NCBI GenBank assembly: GCA_030668875.1 | Contig: DAOVER010000069.1 | Location: forward strand, 1 to 13,891 | Direction: 5' to 3' | Source of the DNA: Candidatus Heimdallarchaeota archaeon | GTDB taxonomy: Archaea > Asgardarchaeota > Heimdallarchaeia > Heimdallarchaeales > Heimdallarchaeaceae | DNA: 13,891 nucleotides | Part shown: positions 13,764-13,891 of the stretch, in pieces | Position numbering within the stretch: the first letter of the stretch is position 1 | Layout of the letters: each line of letters begins with the position of its first letter | Translations under genes and position numbers: made by a program | The notes under the pieces: generated by a model | Seen by the model: the letters and a program-made list of their open reading frames with translations, nothing else | Told to the model about the DNA's origin: nothing | Databases searched by the model: none

Positions 13764-13891
13764 TTAAAATCTTATTCAATCTTGCCAGAAGTCTCTGAGC
13801 TGTCCCCCATTGCATGTTGAGGTGGTGATGGTTAATACCTCTCCAATTTTCTTCCATTTTTCTACGAGTTTATATAGGAAAGTGCTGATAT

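Noticed and set aside
13750-13857. 35-aa minus-strand ORF (MEENWRGINHHHLNMQWGTAQRLLARLNKILIICC) as a frameshifted N-terminus of the surface protein
   Set aside because: It is not a signal peptide, has no similarity to the module-2 N-cap, and there is no canonical slippery heptamer at the junction.

Overview
AT-rich archaeal chromosomal window. The gene style suggests Asgard, probably Heimdallarchaeia-like (inference from an archaeal-type ProRS, GGTGA/GAGGT Shine-Dalgarno sites, U-tract terminators, and NosD beta-helix/Ig surface-protein architecture). In order it holds: proS; an unannotated 47-aa ORF; a polytopic membrane protein; a zinc-ribbon/TM2-like protein; a TlpA-like thioredoxin fused to a TM helix and a 4xCxxC zinc finger; a DUF6144-like Cys-rich protein; a polysaccharide deacetylase; a Gfo/Idh/MocA oxidoreductase broken by one in-frame TAA; an M14-like zinc carboxypeptidase; a two-TM protein with basic/polyproline/acidic-Trp motifs; an SPFH + double-zinc-ribbon protein; and a large beta-helix/Ig surface protein whose frame runs to 13763 with no start codon or signal peptide. 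The most interesting signal is in the beta-helix repeats of the last gene. Scaffold columns use A-free codons, variable columns change at codon positions 1-2 while keeping C/T at position 3, and AAC is enriched. This is the pattern expected from DGR-like adenine-directed diversification or cassette-based variation, but no reverse transcriptase or template region is in the window, so it is a hypothesis. No rRNA, tRNA, CRISPR array or recognisable transposase was seen.
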